A stretch of 64,000 bases of DNA. Origin: Candidatus Pseudelusimicrobium marinum. Its GTDB lineage: Bacteria > Elusimicrobiota > Elusimicrobia > Elusimicrobiales > Elusimicrobiaceae. The stretch covers positions 2,495 through 66,494 of the forward strand of contig JABHZW010000034.1 in NCBI GenBank assembly GCA_018656005.1, read 5' to 3'. The notes beneath the pieces are model-generated. The model ran no database searches. It saw only the letters and a list, made by a program, of their open reading frames with translations, and was not told where the DNA came from. This document shows positions 1-8,753 of this stretch, piece after piece. The position numbers were made by a program, and so were the translations under genes. The stretch's first letter is position 1. The number at the start of each line of letters is the position of its first letter.

Positions 1-40
1 TAACTTATTTTAATATTCTTAATTTAACAGGTTTTTAAGA

Positions 41-69
41 CTGCCAGCGATTTTGTGGGCAGTTTTTTT
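41..69 (+). terminator. possible intrinsic terminator of the upstream off-window gene
   Basis: ACTGCC (40-45) pairs with GGCAGT (58-63), followed by a T7 run (63-69). The stem is short and the loop is 12 nt. Confidence 0.35.
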
Positions 70-90
70 ATTTATGGAGGACTAAATATT

Positions 91-1251
91 ATGGCGTTTT
101 ATATAGGTAAAGACAGAGAAGCAAGAAGAACCTATGGTTTCGACGAAGTTGCATTAGCACCAGGTTGTCTAACCATAGACCCAGAGGATACAGATGTTAC
201 CACAAATATAGGAAAATATAAACTTCCAATACCATTATTAGCGTCTGCTATGGACGGTGTGGTAGATACCGAATTTGCAATCGCAATGGGTAAATTAGGC
301 GGTTTAGCAGTACTAAATTTAGACGGTATTAATACAAGATATGATAATGTCAGAGAAATAACCAAAAAAATATCAGACTCTGATCCTGAAACAGCAACAA
401 AGCTAGTTCAACAGCTTTACACCCCACCAATTAGGGAAGAACTTATAACACAAAGAGTTAAAGAAATAAAAGAAGCTGGTGTTTTATGTGCAGTTTCTTG
501 TATTCCACAAAATGCAGCAAAGTTTGGCCCAATCGCTAAAGAAGCTGGTTGTGATATTTTTGTAGTACAATCCACGGTGATAAGTGTAAACTTTAAATCT
601 AAAGAGCATGAAGCGTTGGACTTAAAGAAGTTTTGTAAAGACATGGAAATCCCCGTAATAGCAGGCAATTGTGTAAACTATAAAGCTGCATTAGAACTTA
701 TGGAAACTGGTATAGCTGGTTTATTAGTTGGTGTAGGACCGGGCGCTGCTTGTACAAGTAGAGGTGTGTTGGGTATTGGTGTACCGCAAGTAACAGCTAC
801 TATAGATTGTGCAGTTGCAAGAGATAAATTTGAAAAAGAAACTGGCACAAGAGTTGCAATAATTACAGACGGCGGTATGAGCTGTGGTGGAGATATATGT
901 AAATGTTTCGCATCAGGTGCAGATGCCATAATGTTTGGTAGTGGATTTGCAAAATCCAAAGAAGCGCCGGGATATGGATACCACTGGGGTATGGCAACAC
1001 CGCATGCTAACTTACCAAGAGGTACAAGAGTGAAAGTGAGTATAACTGGCACTCTTGAAGAAATTTTATATGGACCTTCAAGATTAGACGATGGCTCTCA
1101 AAACTTAGTAGGTGCATTAAAAACATCTATGGGTACAATGGGCGCATCTAATATAAGAGAGTTTCAGAAAGCGGAACTTATTATTGCACCAGCAATTAAG
1201 ACCGAAGGAAAATTGTTACAGAAAGCACAGAAGATAGGTATGTGCAAGTAA
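91..1251 (+). CDS. IMP dehydrogenase/GMP reductase-family protein (short, CBS-less GuaB3-like form)
   Basis: ORF 55..1251. IMPDH barrel motifs include the catalytic loop VGVGPGAACTSR and ITDGGM. The start is moved to ATG 91, which follows GGAGG at 76-80. No CBS-pair insertion is visible. Confidence 0.8.
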   Translation: MAFYIGKDREARRTYGFDEVALAPGCLTIDPEDTDVTTNIGKYKLPIPLLASAMDGVVDTEFAIAMGKLGGLAVLNLDGINTRYDNVREITKKISDSDPETATKLVQQLYTPPIREELITQRVKEIKEAGVLCAVSCIPQNAAKFGPIAKEAGCDIFVVQSTVISVNFKSKEHEALDLKKFCKDMEIPVIAGNCVNYKAALELMETGIAGLLVGVGPGAACTSRGVLGIGVPQVTATIDCAVARDKFEKETGTRVAIITDGGMSCGGDICKCFASGADAIMFGSGFAKSKEAPGYGYHWGMATPHANLPRGTRVKVSITGTLEEILYGPSRLDDGSQNLVGALKTSMGTMGASNIREFQKAELIIAPAIKTEGKLLQKAQKIGMCK

Positions 1252-1474
1252 AACTTCCATTTTTGGCACTAAACTTTGTCAGAGGCGAGCTTAAATACTC
1301 GGGGGTAACCCCCACTCACGGTATTCTACGCTCGCCTCTTTCTTGTTTAGCACTCAAAAATGAAAGTTTTACGGGTGGCCTTTTCTCGTTCTTGCCTAAA
1401 AATACTCGCAAACTCGTTTATCACTTGAGGATTGAGCTTCTCGACCAAAACTGAAAGTTTTATATGTTTTGTTT

Positions 1475-1565
1475 CCTCTCCCTTTGGGAGAGGATTAAGG
1501 TGAGGGCTATGTTTCTTTTCTCCCTTTTGTAAAGGGAGTACCCGAATGTAAATGAGGGGGAGGGA
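1475..1565. repeat. purine/pyrimidine-tract hairpin repeats (family B), two units
   Basis: Unit one is CCTCTCCC-TTT-GGGAGAGG followed by GGTGAGGG. Unit two is CTCCC-TTTTGTAAA-GGGAG. Positions 1516-1542 are identical over 27 nt to 20728-20754, and a related unit lies at 51648-51690. Confidence 0.8.
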
Positions 1566-1610
1566 TTTTTTTGTATAATAAAATTAACTTATAAATAGGG
1601 GGTGGGTAAT

Positions 1611-1757
1611 ATGGGATGCGGAGGATGTAGTTCAGATCACGAAGGAATGCCAACAGAAGAAAAATGTTTTTGCGATAAATGTAATTGTGAACACATTAAA
1701 GAAGAATGTAAAGATGGCAAATGTCCTAAATGTGGATGCCAAGTAAAAATGGTTTAA
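1611..1757 (+). CDS. cysteine-rich small protein (48 aa, 10 Cys, 2 His; metallothionein-like spacing)
   Basis: Below the ORF-track size cutoff. ATG 1611 follows GGGGGTGGG (1598-1606). Hand translation gives MGCGGCSSDHEGMPTEEKCFCDKCNCEHIKEECKDGKCPKCGCQVKMV. TAA 1755-1757 overlaps the folK stop on the opposite strand. Confidence 0.55.
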   Translation: MGCGGCSSDHEGMPTEEKCFCDKCNCEHIKEECKDGKCPKCGCQVKMV

Positions 1758-2206
1758 GTTAAGTTTTTAAATAGCTCTAAAATTTGTTTTCCCGTTTTTG
1801 GACAAATGAAATTTGGAGCTATTTCATTTAATGGTTCTAACACAAACTTTCGTTCGTATAGACGAGGATGAGGGATTGTTAAATTTTTTTCTTCTATTAT
1901 TTCGTCGTCATAAAAAATAATATCCAAATCTAATATTCTTGGTTCATTTTTCTGAACCCGCACTCTTCCAGCTTGTTTTTCTATTTTTAACAACTCTTTT
2001 AGTAATTGTTGTGGGGAAAGTTGCGTTTCAAAAGTTAAAGCACCATTAGTAAAATCTGGCTGATTAGCATTGCCGACTGGCTTAGTGATGTAATATTTGG
2101 AAATTTTTGTGATAGTTCCAATTTGCTTTAACTTTTGAAACGCTATTTCAAAACTTTCTTCAACATTACCAATATTTCCGCCAAATGCGATTAGTACTTT
2201 ATGCAT
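1754..2206 (-). CDS. folK: 2-amino-4-hydroxy-6-hydroxymethyldihydropteridine diphosphokinase (HPPK)
   Basis: HPPK motifs IAFGGNIGN, RILDLDIIFYD and IPHPRLYERKFVLEPL. It overlaps folP by 8 nt. Confidence 0.9.
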   Translation of the reverse strand: MHKVLIAFGGNIGNVEESFEIAFQKLKQIGTITKISKYYITKPVGNANQPDFTNGALTFETQLSPQQLLKELLKIEKQAGRVRVQKNEPRILDLDIIFYDDEIIEEKNLTIPHPRLYERKFVLEPLNEIAPNFICPKTGKQILELFKNLT

Positions 2207-2975
2207 TTTCTATTTTTTCCATTATTTCTAAGACTTCTTTTGTTTCTTTTACATCGTGAACTCTAAAAATTCTTGCACCTCGTAAATACGAGTGACATAC
2301 ACTTGCTAAACTTCCATAAAGTCGTTTTTCTGGTGTTGAACCGAGAAAAGATTTACGAGATGTACCTATTAATATAGTTTTTTTTAATTTTTCAAATGTT
2401 TTTAGATTTTTTAAAAGTTCAAAATTCTGTTCTTTAGTTTTTGCAAAGCCAATACCGGGATCTATAATAATTTTGTCAGTGTCTATCCCAAGTTTTTTGC
2501 AATCTGAAATTTTATTTTTAAAAAAAGCAAAAATTTCTTTGGTAACATTTTTATAATCAGTCATTTGTTGCATTGTTTCTGGTGTGCCACGCATATGCAT
2601 TATTATTACAGATGCATTGGTATCTTTAATAAGTTGCATCATCTTAGCATTTTTTAAACCAGTGATATCATTAACAATATCCGCACCAGCTTCCAATGCT
2701 TTTTTAGCAGTTTCTGGCTTGTAAGTATCGACTGAAATTAATATTTTTGGGAATTTTTTGCGAACTGCTTTTATAACAGGTATTATTTTTTGTTGTTCAA
2801 TATTTTCACTAACAGCTTTCGCGTTAGGACGGCTACTTTCTGCACCGATATCTATAATATCTGCACCATCTTTTATCATTTTTGTTGCTTGTTTTAATGC
2901 TGTTTTGGTGGTGTTATATTGACCGCCATCATAAAAACTATCTGGTGTGATATTTAAAATACCCATTACTTTCAT
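2199..2975 (-). CDS. folP: dihydropteroate synthase
   Basis: Pterin-binding barrel motifs GILNITPDSFYDGG, DIGAESSRP and DPGIGF. Confidence 0.92.
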   Translation of the reverse strand: MKVMGILNITPDSFYDGGQYNTTKTALKQATKMIKDGADIIDIGAESSRPNAKAVSENIEQQKIIPVIKAVRKKFPKILISVDTYKPETAKKALEAGADIVNDITGLKNAKMMQLIKDTNASVIIMHMRGTPETMQQMTDYKNVTKEIFAFFKNKISDCKKLGIDTDKIIIDPGIGFAKTKEQNFELLKNLKTFEKLKKTILIGTSRKSFLGSTPEKRLYGSLASVCHSYLRGARIFRVHDVKETKEVLEIMEKIENA

Positions 2976-2994
2976 TTTTTTACTTCTCCTTTTT

Positions 2995-3104
2995 GGTAAA
3001 TTTTTTCTTTTTTGCTCCTAAAGTAGGGTTCCCTCGCAAGCTTCGGGTTGTTCCAACCTACTAGTCGTCGCAAAGAAATAAAAAATTTCCACAAAAATGC
3101 TCGT
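2995..3104. repeat. nested-hairpin intergenic element (family C) between folE and folP
   Basis: The outer arms GGTAAATTTTTTCTTTTTTGC (2995-3015) and GCAAAGAAATAAAAAATTTCC (3070-3090) pair at about 18 of 21 positions. The core CCTAAAGT-stem...stem-ACTAGTCGTCGCAAAG aligns with the cores at 10068 and 24689, with covarying stems. Confidence 0.7.
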
Positions 3105-3113
3105 AAATTTTTT

Positions 3114-3725
3114 TTATTTGTGTTGAGTGAATTGTAAAAACTCTGCTCTTACTTCTGGTTGTTCAAATACGCCCCTCAAGGCGGAAGTTACCATTATGGC
3201 ATTATTTTTTCTTACGCCTCTAGAGGATATACACATATGCTGAGCTTTGCAAACTACCATCACACCTTGAGGGGCGAGATGTTTCATTAAACTATCTGCA
3301 ATGTCTGCACAAAGTTTTTCTTGAATTTGTAATCGTCTTGCAAAAATATCTGCCATTCTGGCTAATTTGGATATCCCAATGATTTTTTTGTTGGGAATAT
3401 ATCCAATACTTATTGTTCCAAAGAATGGTAAAAAGTGATGTTCGCATGTAGAATAAAATTCCATATCTTTTAAGATAACCATTTCATCGCAAGTACCTTC
3501 TATGAAAGTTTTCAAAACACTTTCTGGTTTTTGTTTATAGCCACTAAACATTTCTTTGTAGCTATTTAACATTCTTTTAGGGGTTTCTTTTAAACCTTCT
3601 CTATTAGGGTTATCGCCGACATATGCTAAAACTTTTTTTAAACTTTGTTCTATTTTATGTTCAGCATTTTGTGAAGCTGTACGCTTAACTTTATTTGCGG
3701 GTTTACGCTTATTATTTTTAGGCAT
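3114..3725 (-). CDS. folE: GTP cyclohydrolase I
   Basis: Motifs GDNPNREGLKETPKR, CEHHFLPFFG and HMCISSRGV. The basic 24-aa N-terminal extension is encoded inside the queE 3' end (76-nt overlap). Confidence 0.92.
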   Translation of the reverse strand: MPKNNKRKPANKVKRTASQNAEHKIEQSLKKVLAYVGDNPNREGLKETPKRMLNSYKEMFSGYKQKPESVLKTFIEGTCDEMVILKDMEFYSTCEHHFLPFFGTISIGYIPNKKIIGISKLARMADIFARRLQIQEKLCADIADSLMKHLAPQGVMVVCKAQHMCISSRGVRKNNAIMVTSALRGVFEQPEVRAEFLQFTQHK

Positions 3726-4282
3726 TTGTTTATATGCTCCTTCTTATTATCTTGTGGTTGTATATATATTAAAGTGTTTTTACCTGTTTGATTTATTAAA
3801 CTTTTTAATTGTTTATCTGTTGTTTGTCTGTTAATTATGATTTTTAGTTCGTCCGCTTTTTTAAGAATTTTTTTGTTGAATTTTTTCTTAGGCGAAATTG
3901 TTAACCAATAAACCAAACTTGTATCTATATCTTTAAAACCATTGCTTTCTATATGTATATTATATCTTTTCTTACTTAATACGCTAAATAGTGGTAATAT
4001 ATCTTGTTCCAAAGGCTCGCCACCTGTTAATGTCACTGTTTTTGTAGGATATTTACTTATAGTTTGTAAGATTTGTTTTGCAGTTAACCGAAGGTTAACT
4101 GCTTTTGCGAATTTACTGTCGCAAAAGTTGCAACCCATGTTGCAACCAGCAAATCTTACAAAAACAGCACTAGTGCCTGTAAAAGCACCTTCGCCTTGTA
4201 TGGAATAAAAAATCTCATTGATATTGTAAATGGTATTTTTAACTTTTCTATTTTTCTTTTGCGATTGCACAGGCATCTTCAC
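3650..4282 (-). CDS. queE: 7-carboxy-7-deazaguanine synthase (radical SAM)
   Basis: Motifs IQGEG, cluster motif CNMGCNFCDS, TLTGGEP and a C-terminal KLSVQLHKML. The candidate starts GTG 4282, ATG 4276 and GTG 4270 all overlap the queD 3' end. Confidence 0.88.
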   Translation of the reverse strand: MKMPVQSQKKNRKVKNTIYNINEIFYSIQGEGAFTGTSAVFVRFAGCNMGCNFCDSKFAKAVNLRLTAKQILQTISKYPTKTVTLTGGEPLEQDILPLFSVLSKKRYNIHIESNGFKDIDTSLVYWLTISPKKKFNKKILKKADELKIIINRQTTDKQLKSLINQTGKNTLIYIQPQDNKKEHINKCLKIISVNPQIKLSVQLHKMLNIK

Positions 4283-4595
4283 TTTCCCATATTTCTAATG
4301 TTTTTAGCTTTAAGCTTTTTTGTGCTAGTAGCTTGCCAATTTTTTCAAAGTAAAAATTGGCTAAGTTTTCTGCTGTTGGATTTTCAATAATATCGTTTAG
4401 ATACATATGATCTGGCAAAACATCGTCTACTAATTGTTTAAGTTTCTTAAAATCGTAAACCATACCATCTTTTTGAATATCGCCTTCTATTAGGAAAACT
4501 GCTTGCCAAGTATGTCCGTGCAATGCTTCACATTTGCCTTCATAATTTGGGAGACGATGCGCACAACTAAATTTTCTTTTAATCTTTAATAACAT
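4248..4595 (-). CDS. queD: 6-carboxy-5,6,7,8-tetrahydropterin synthase
   Basis: Motifs SCAHRL and CxxxHGH (CEALHGHTW). The start is set at ATG 4595 behind GAGTGAGGA; the ORF-track GTG 4604 is also possible. Confidence 0.88.
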   Translation of the reverse strand: MLLKIKRKFSCAHRLPNYEGKCEALHGHTWQAVFLIEGDIQKDGMVYDFKKLKQLVDDVLPDHMYLNDIIENPTAENLANFYFEKIGKLLAQKSLKLKTLEIWESEDACAIAKEK

Positions 4596-5418
4596 AATCC
4601 TCACTCTCTTTATCTTCTTTTTTCAAAATTCTATCTAAATAAAAACCTGCTATTATCAAGTAAATTGCAAATGCAAATGGTATTTTGAAACTTAATAATG
4701 TGCTTACAAGTCCAATTAAAAGTATTGGTGTTACGAGGTAGATACTCCATTTAAACATTTCCCCAGGTGTCACAAATGCCTTTCTGAAAGAATTTATTGT
4801 TAAACCTAATAGGAATATAGATATTGTAAAGAACATCATTTTCAAAATAGTAAAAAGCCCTATTATGGTAACCATAAACGATATTATTCCTTTTGTAATA
4901 CTTATTATATTGGTATGCAAAATTTCTGGTGTAATTTCTACATTAAGATTAACTTTTGGTATTGGTGAAGCCTGCATACTGTTATAGTTTTTTATTATAT
5001 AGAAGGTATCCTTTGTTAAATATGCGGCGATATTATTTTGTTTCATTTCGTTTAAGCTTACCGGTTCTGTTCGGCTGGTGTTTGCCAAAATAAAACCTTC
5101 GTTGTGTGCTAATGTCATATTTTCCCAATCTTTTTCTATACGGACATCATTTTTCTGACTTATTACAATTGCTAATGTTTCATTGTCGTTAACATTTAGT
5201 ATTCCATTATCATAAGTAATATGTGGTATGCTATCTGCATGTTTGTTTATGAAATTGTGTATTTTAGGTTTGAAAACAAAACTTGTCGCAATAGAAATTA
5301 CTAACATATACACGGCAAATAAATATACGGAATAAAGTAATGCTCTCCATATGGATTTTTTTGCTACTTCTTTATAGAAGTTTAAATTTATAAGTGCTTT
5401 TATTGGTTCTGTAAACAT
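4579..5418 (-). CDS. polytopic membrane protein of unknown function (DUF1189/YvdJ-like layout)
   Basis: 279-aa ORF with an N-terminal TM helix, a soluble middle section of about 120 aa and 3-4 C-terminal TM helices. It lies 10 nt downstream of tgt and overlaps queD by 17 nt. The family assignment is by recollection only. Confidence 0.55.
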   Translation of the reverse strand: MFTEPIKALINLNFYKEVAKKSIWRALLYSVYLFAVYMLVISIATSFVFKPKIHNFINKHADSIPHITYDNGILNVNDNETLAIVISQKNDVRIEKDWENMTLAHNEGFILANTSRTEPVSLNEMKQNNIAAYLTKDTFYIIKNYNSMQASPIPKVNLNVEITPEILHTNIISITKGIISFMVTIIGLFTILKMMFFTISIFLLGLTINSFRKAFVTPGEMFKWSIYLVTPILLIGLVSTLLSFKIPFAFAIYLIIAGFYLDRILKKEDKESEDYVIKD

Positions 5419-5428
5419 AATTTTTCTC

Positions 5429-6601
<1,173 letters not shown>

Positions 6602-7645
6602 CTATAAAATTAACATAGCATCGCCAAAGGAATAGAACCGATATTTTTCTTCCACAGCTTGGGTATATGCTTTAAATAAAAAGTCTACATCGCCCAAAAA
6701 TGCCGATGTTAGGCATATTGGGGTGCTGTCTGCTAGGTGGAAGTTTGTGATTAAACAATCTATCACTTTAAATTTGTATGGAGGGTATATAAATAGGTTG
6801 GTGTGTTTGCCACCGCTTAAAACCTCTCCCTTTTTTTCTGGGTTTGCGAAACTTTCTAGTGTTCTTACACAAGTTGTACCTGTTGCAAATAATCTGCCAC
6901 CGTTTTGTTTAGTTTTGTTTATCTGTTTTGCTGTGCTTTCAGATATTACCGCAAACTCTGCCAACATTTCGTGATCTTTTGGAGAGGTTTTAAGCGGTTT
7001 AAAAGTTCCAAAACCAACATGAAGTGTAATTTCTAAAATTTTGACACCTTTATCTTCCAACTTTTTTAAAAGTTCTTTTGTAAAGTGGAAACCAGCTGTT
7101 GGTGCTGCAATAGAACCTGTTTGTTTGGCATAAATTGTTTGATAATCTTCTTTATCTGCATCTATTTTAGTATTTTGTCCGCTAGATTTTCTTGCTTTTT
7201 CTATATAAGGGGGAAGTGGCATAGAACCATAGGTATCGGCGTAACTCAAGATATTTTCTGTATTAAATTTCATTAAAAATTCGTTGTTTTCATTTTTTGA
7301 TAGGAATTTGCCTACAATACCACCTTCAAAAAATATTTCTGTGTTTGGTTTGTATCCTGTGGAAAGAGTTTTCCAAATTGTAGCATCTTCTGTTTGCGAA
7401 ACTAGTAAAACTTCTATTTTGCCACCGCTCTTTTTTTTACCTAAAATTTTTGCAGGAAAAACTTTTGTGTTATTTATAACAAGACAATCGCCACTATTAA
7501 AATATTGCAAAATATCTGCAAAAATTTTAGATTCTATTTGCCCACTTTTCCTATTTAGCACCATTAGTTTGGAGCTATCTCTTGGGCAAGCAGGTTTTTT
7601 TGCTATTAAATTTTCTATTTGTAGTTTTGTGAATTTTTCGAACAT
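6602..7645 (-). CDS. queA: S-adenosylmethionine:tRNA ribosyltransferase-isomerase
   Basis: Full-length QueA-like ORF with motifs GSIAAPTAGFHFT, GFGTFKP and TTCVRTLES. Confidence 0.9.
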   Translation of the reverse strand: MFEKFTKLQIENLIAKKPACPRDSSKLMVLNRKSGQIESKIFADILQYFNSGDCLVINNTKVFPAKILGKKKSGGKIEVLLVSQTEDATIWKTLSTGYKPNTEIFFEGGIVGKFLSKNENNEFLMKFNTENILSYADTYGSMPLPPYIEKARKSSGQNTKIDADKEDYQTIYAKQTGSIAAPTAGFHFTKELLKKLEDKGVKILEITLHVGFGTFKPLKTSPKDHEMLAEFAVISESTAKQINKTKQNGGRLFATGTTCVRTLESFANPEKKGEVLSGGKHTNLFIYPPYKFKVIDCLITNFHLADSTPICLTSAFLGDVDFLFKAYTQAVEEKYRFYSFGDAMLIL

Positions 7646-7649
7646 AATT

Positions 7650-8753
7650 TTATATCTTTATTAATTTGCTACCGGGGTAGTAGTTGAGTAAAATTTCTTT
7701 ATATTTTATGCCGTCCATAGCCATACCATGTGCGCCATCTTGACATAATCCAGCTCCATGACCGTATCCTTTCCCGACGAACATATAACCATTACTCACT
7801 TTGCTTACACCAGTAAATTTACAGCTTTTTAATTTACTTGCACCTATTGCTATACGAAAGTTATTACAAGAAACATATTTTGTTGTATTTGTTGTTTGAA
7901 TTTTTAAAGAAGTTGTTCTGCCAGATTTATCTTTATCAGAAATTCTTAAATCTTTTATCTTACCCTTAACTTTTAAATTTTTAAGTGCCTTATTGATTTC
8001 TGTATTATTAAAAGTTCTAGACCATTGATAATTGGGTGAATGTCTATCATACCTACATTTAGCGCCTTGTAAAACTTTAGGAGTATCTTTCATCCACGGT
8101 GGACTAGATGTTTCTCCTCCGCAGTTGCCATGATAATAAGTGTAAAAAGTTTTATCTTTATAAGTTAAAACTTCGCCTTTAGTTTCGTCTACTGCTCTTT
8201 TAACTTTGTTTGCTGGGTTAACACTTGATCCATATACCTGACTTCTGGTATCTGCATAAACATCGAAATTAATTTTTCTATTATCTCTCATAGTTGCCAA
8301 AGTATAAGTTCTTGCTGTAACTGCTTGAGATTTTAGGGCTTCTAGTTTCCAACTAGCACTCATTTCGTAGGGGAGTACACCGTAGAGATATTTTTCTAAA
8401 TCTATTTCTTCCACCACATCTATAGTGCGATGTTTTGTTGGTAAAATTAAAATATTACCTTCGTATTTTTTCTTATTTATGGTTATATATCCTCGGCTGA
8501 TTATTTTTACACCTTTTTTACTTTTTATGTTTCCAACTCGTACTTCGCCACTGGAAAGTTTTTTTGCGGTAAAGGTACCAGTGTCAGAAATTTTATAGCT
8601 TTTGTTGTTTGATAGGTTAATGAAAATTGTGCTATCTTCTATTTTAATTCTTTCTCTTTTAGTGTTTGGATTAAGTGCTACTCGTACAGTTTTTGCTTCC
8701 GCGATTAAGTTGAAAGTTAAAAGTAGGGTTAATAGTAAGATTAATTTTTTCAT
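7650..8753 (-). CDS. SpoIID/LytB-domain protein (secreted cell-wall amidase enhancer / lytic transglycosylase family)
   Basis: Signal peptide, then YLYGVLPYEM...ALKSQAVTARTY and GYGHGAGLCQDGA. Confidence 0.85.
   Translation of the reverse strand: MKKLILLLTLLLTFNLIAEAKTVRVALNPNTKRERIKIEDSTIFINLSNNKSYKISDTGTFTAKKLSSGEVRVGNIKSKKGVKIISRGYITINKKKYEGNILILPTKHRTIDVVEEIDLEKYLYGVLPYEMSASWKLEALKSQAVTARTYTLATMRDNRKINFDVYADTRSQVYGSSVNPANKVKRAVDETKGEVLTYKDKTFYTYYHGNCGGETSSPPWMKDTPKVLQGAKCRYDRHSPNYQWSRTFNNTEINKALKNLKVKGKIKDLRISDKDKSGRTTSLKIQTTNTTKYVSCNNFRIAIGASKLKSCKFTGVSKVSNGYMFVGKGYGHGAGLCQDGAHGMAMDGIKYKEILLNYYPGSKLIKI

Noticed and set aside
1242-1454. 70-aa ORF on the + strand downstream of the guaB-like gene.
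   Set aside because: It consists entirely of nested inverted repeats (for example AGAGGCGAGC...GCTCGCCTCT around a GGGGGTAACCCCC hairpin, and the direct repeats AAAA(T/C)TGAAAGTTTTA). It has no RBS and overlaps the upstream stop. This is repeat DNA read as protein.
7646-7649. preQ1 riboswitch expected upstream of queuosine genes.
   Set aside because: queA starts 4 nt after the spoIID-like gene, and all que genes are tightly packed or overlapping. No leader region exists in which a riboswitch could reside.
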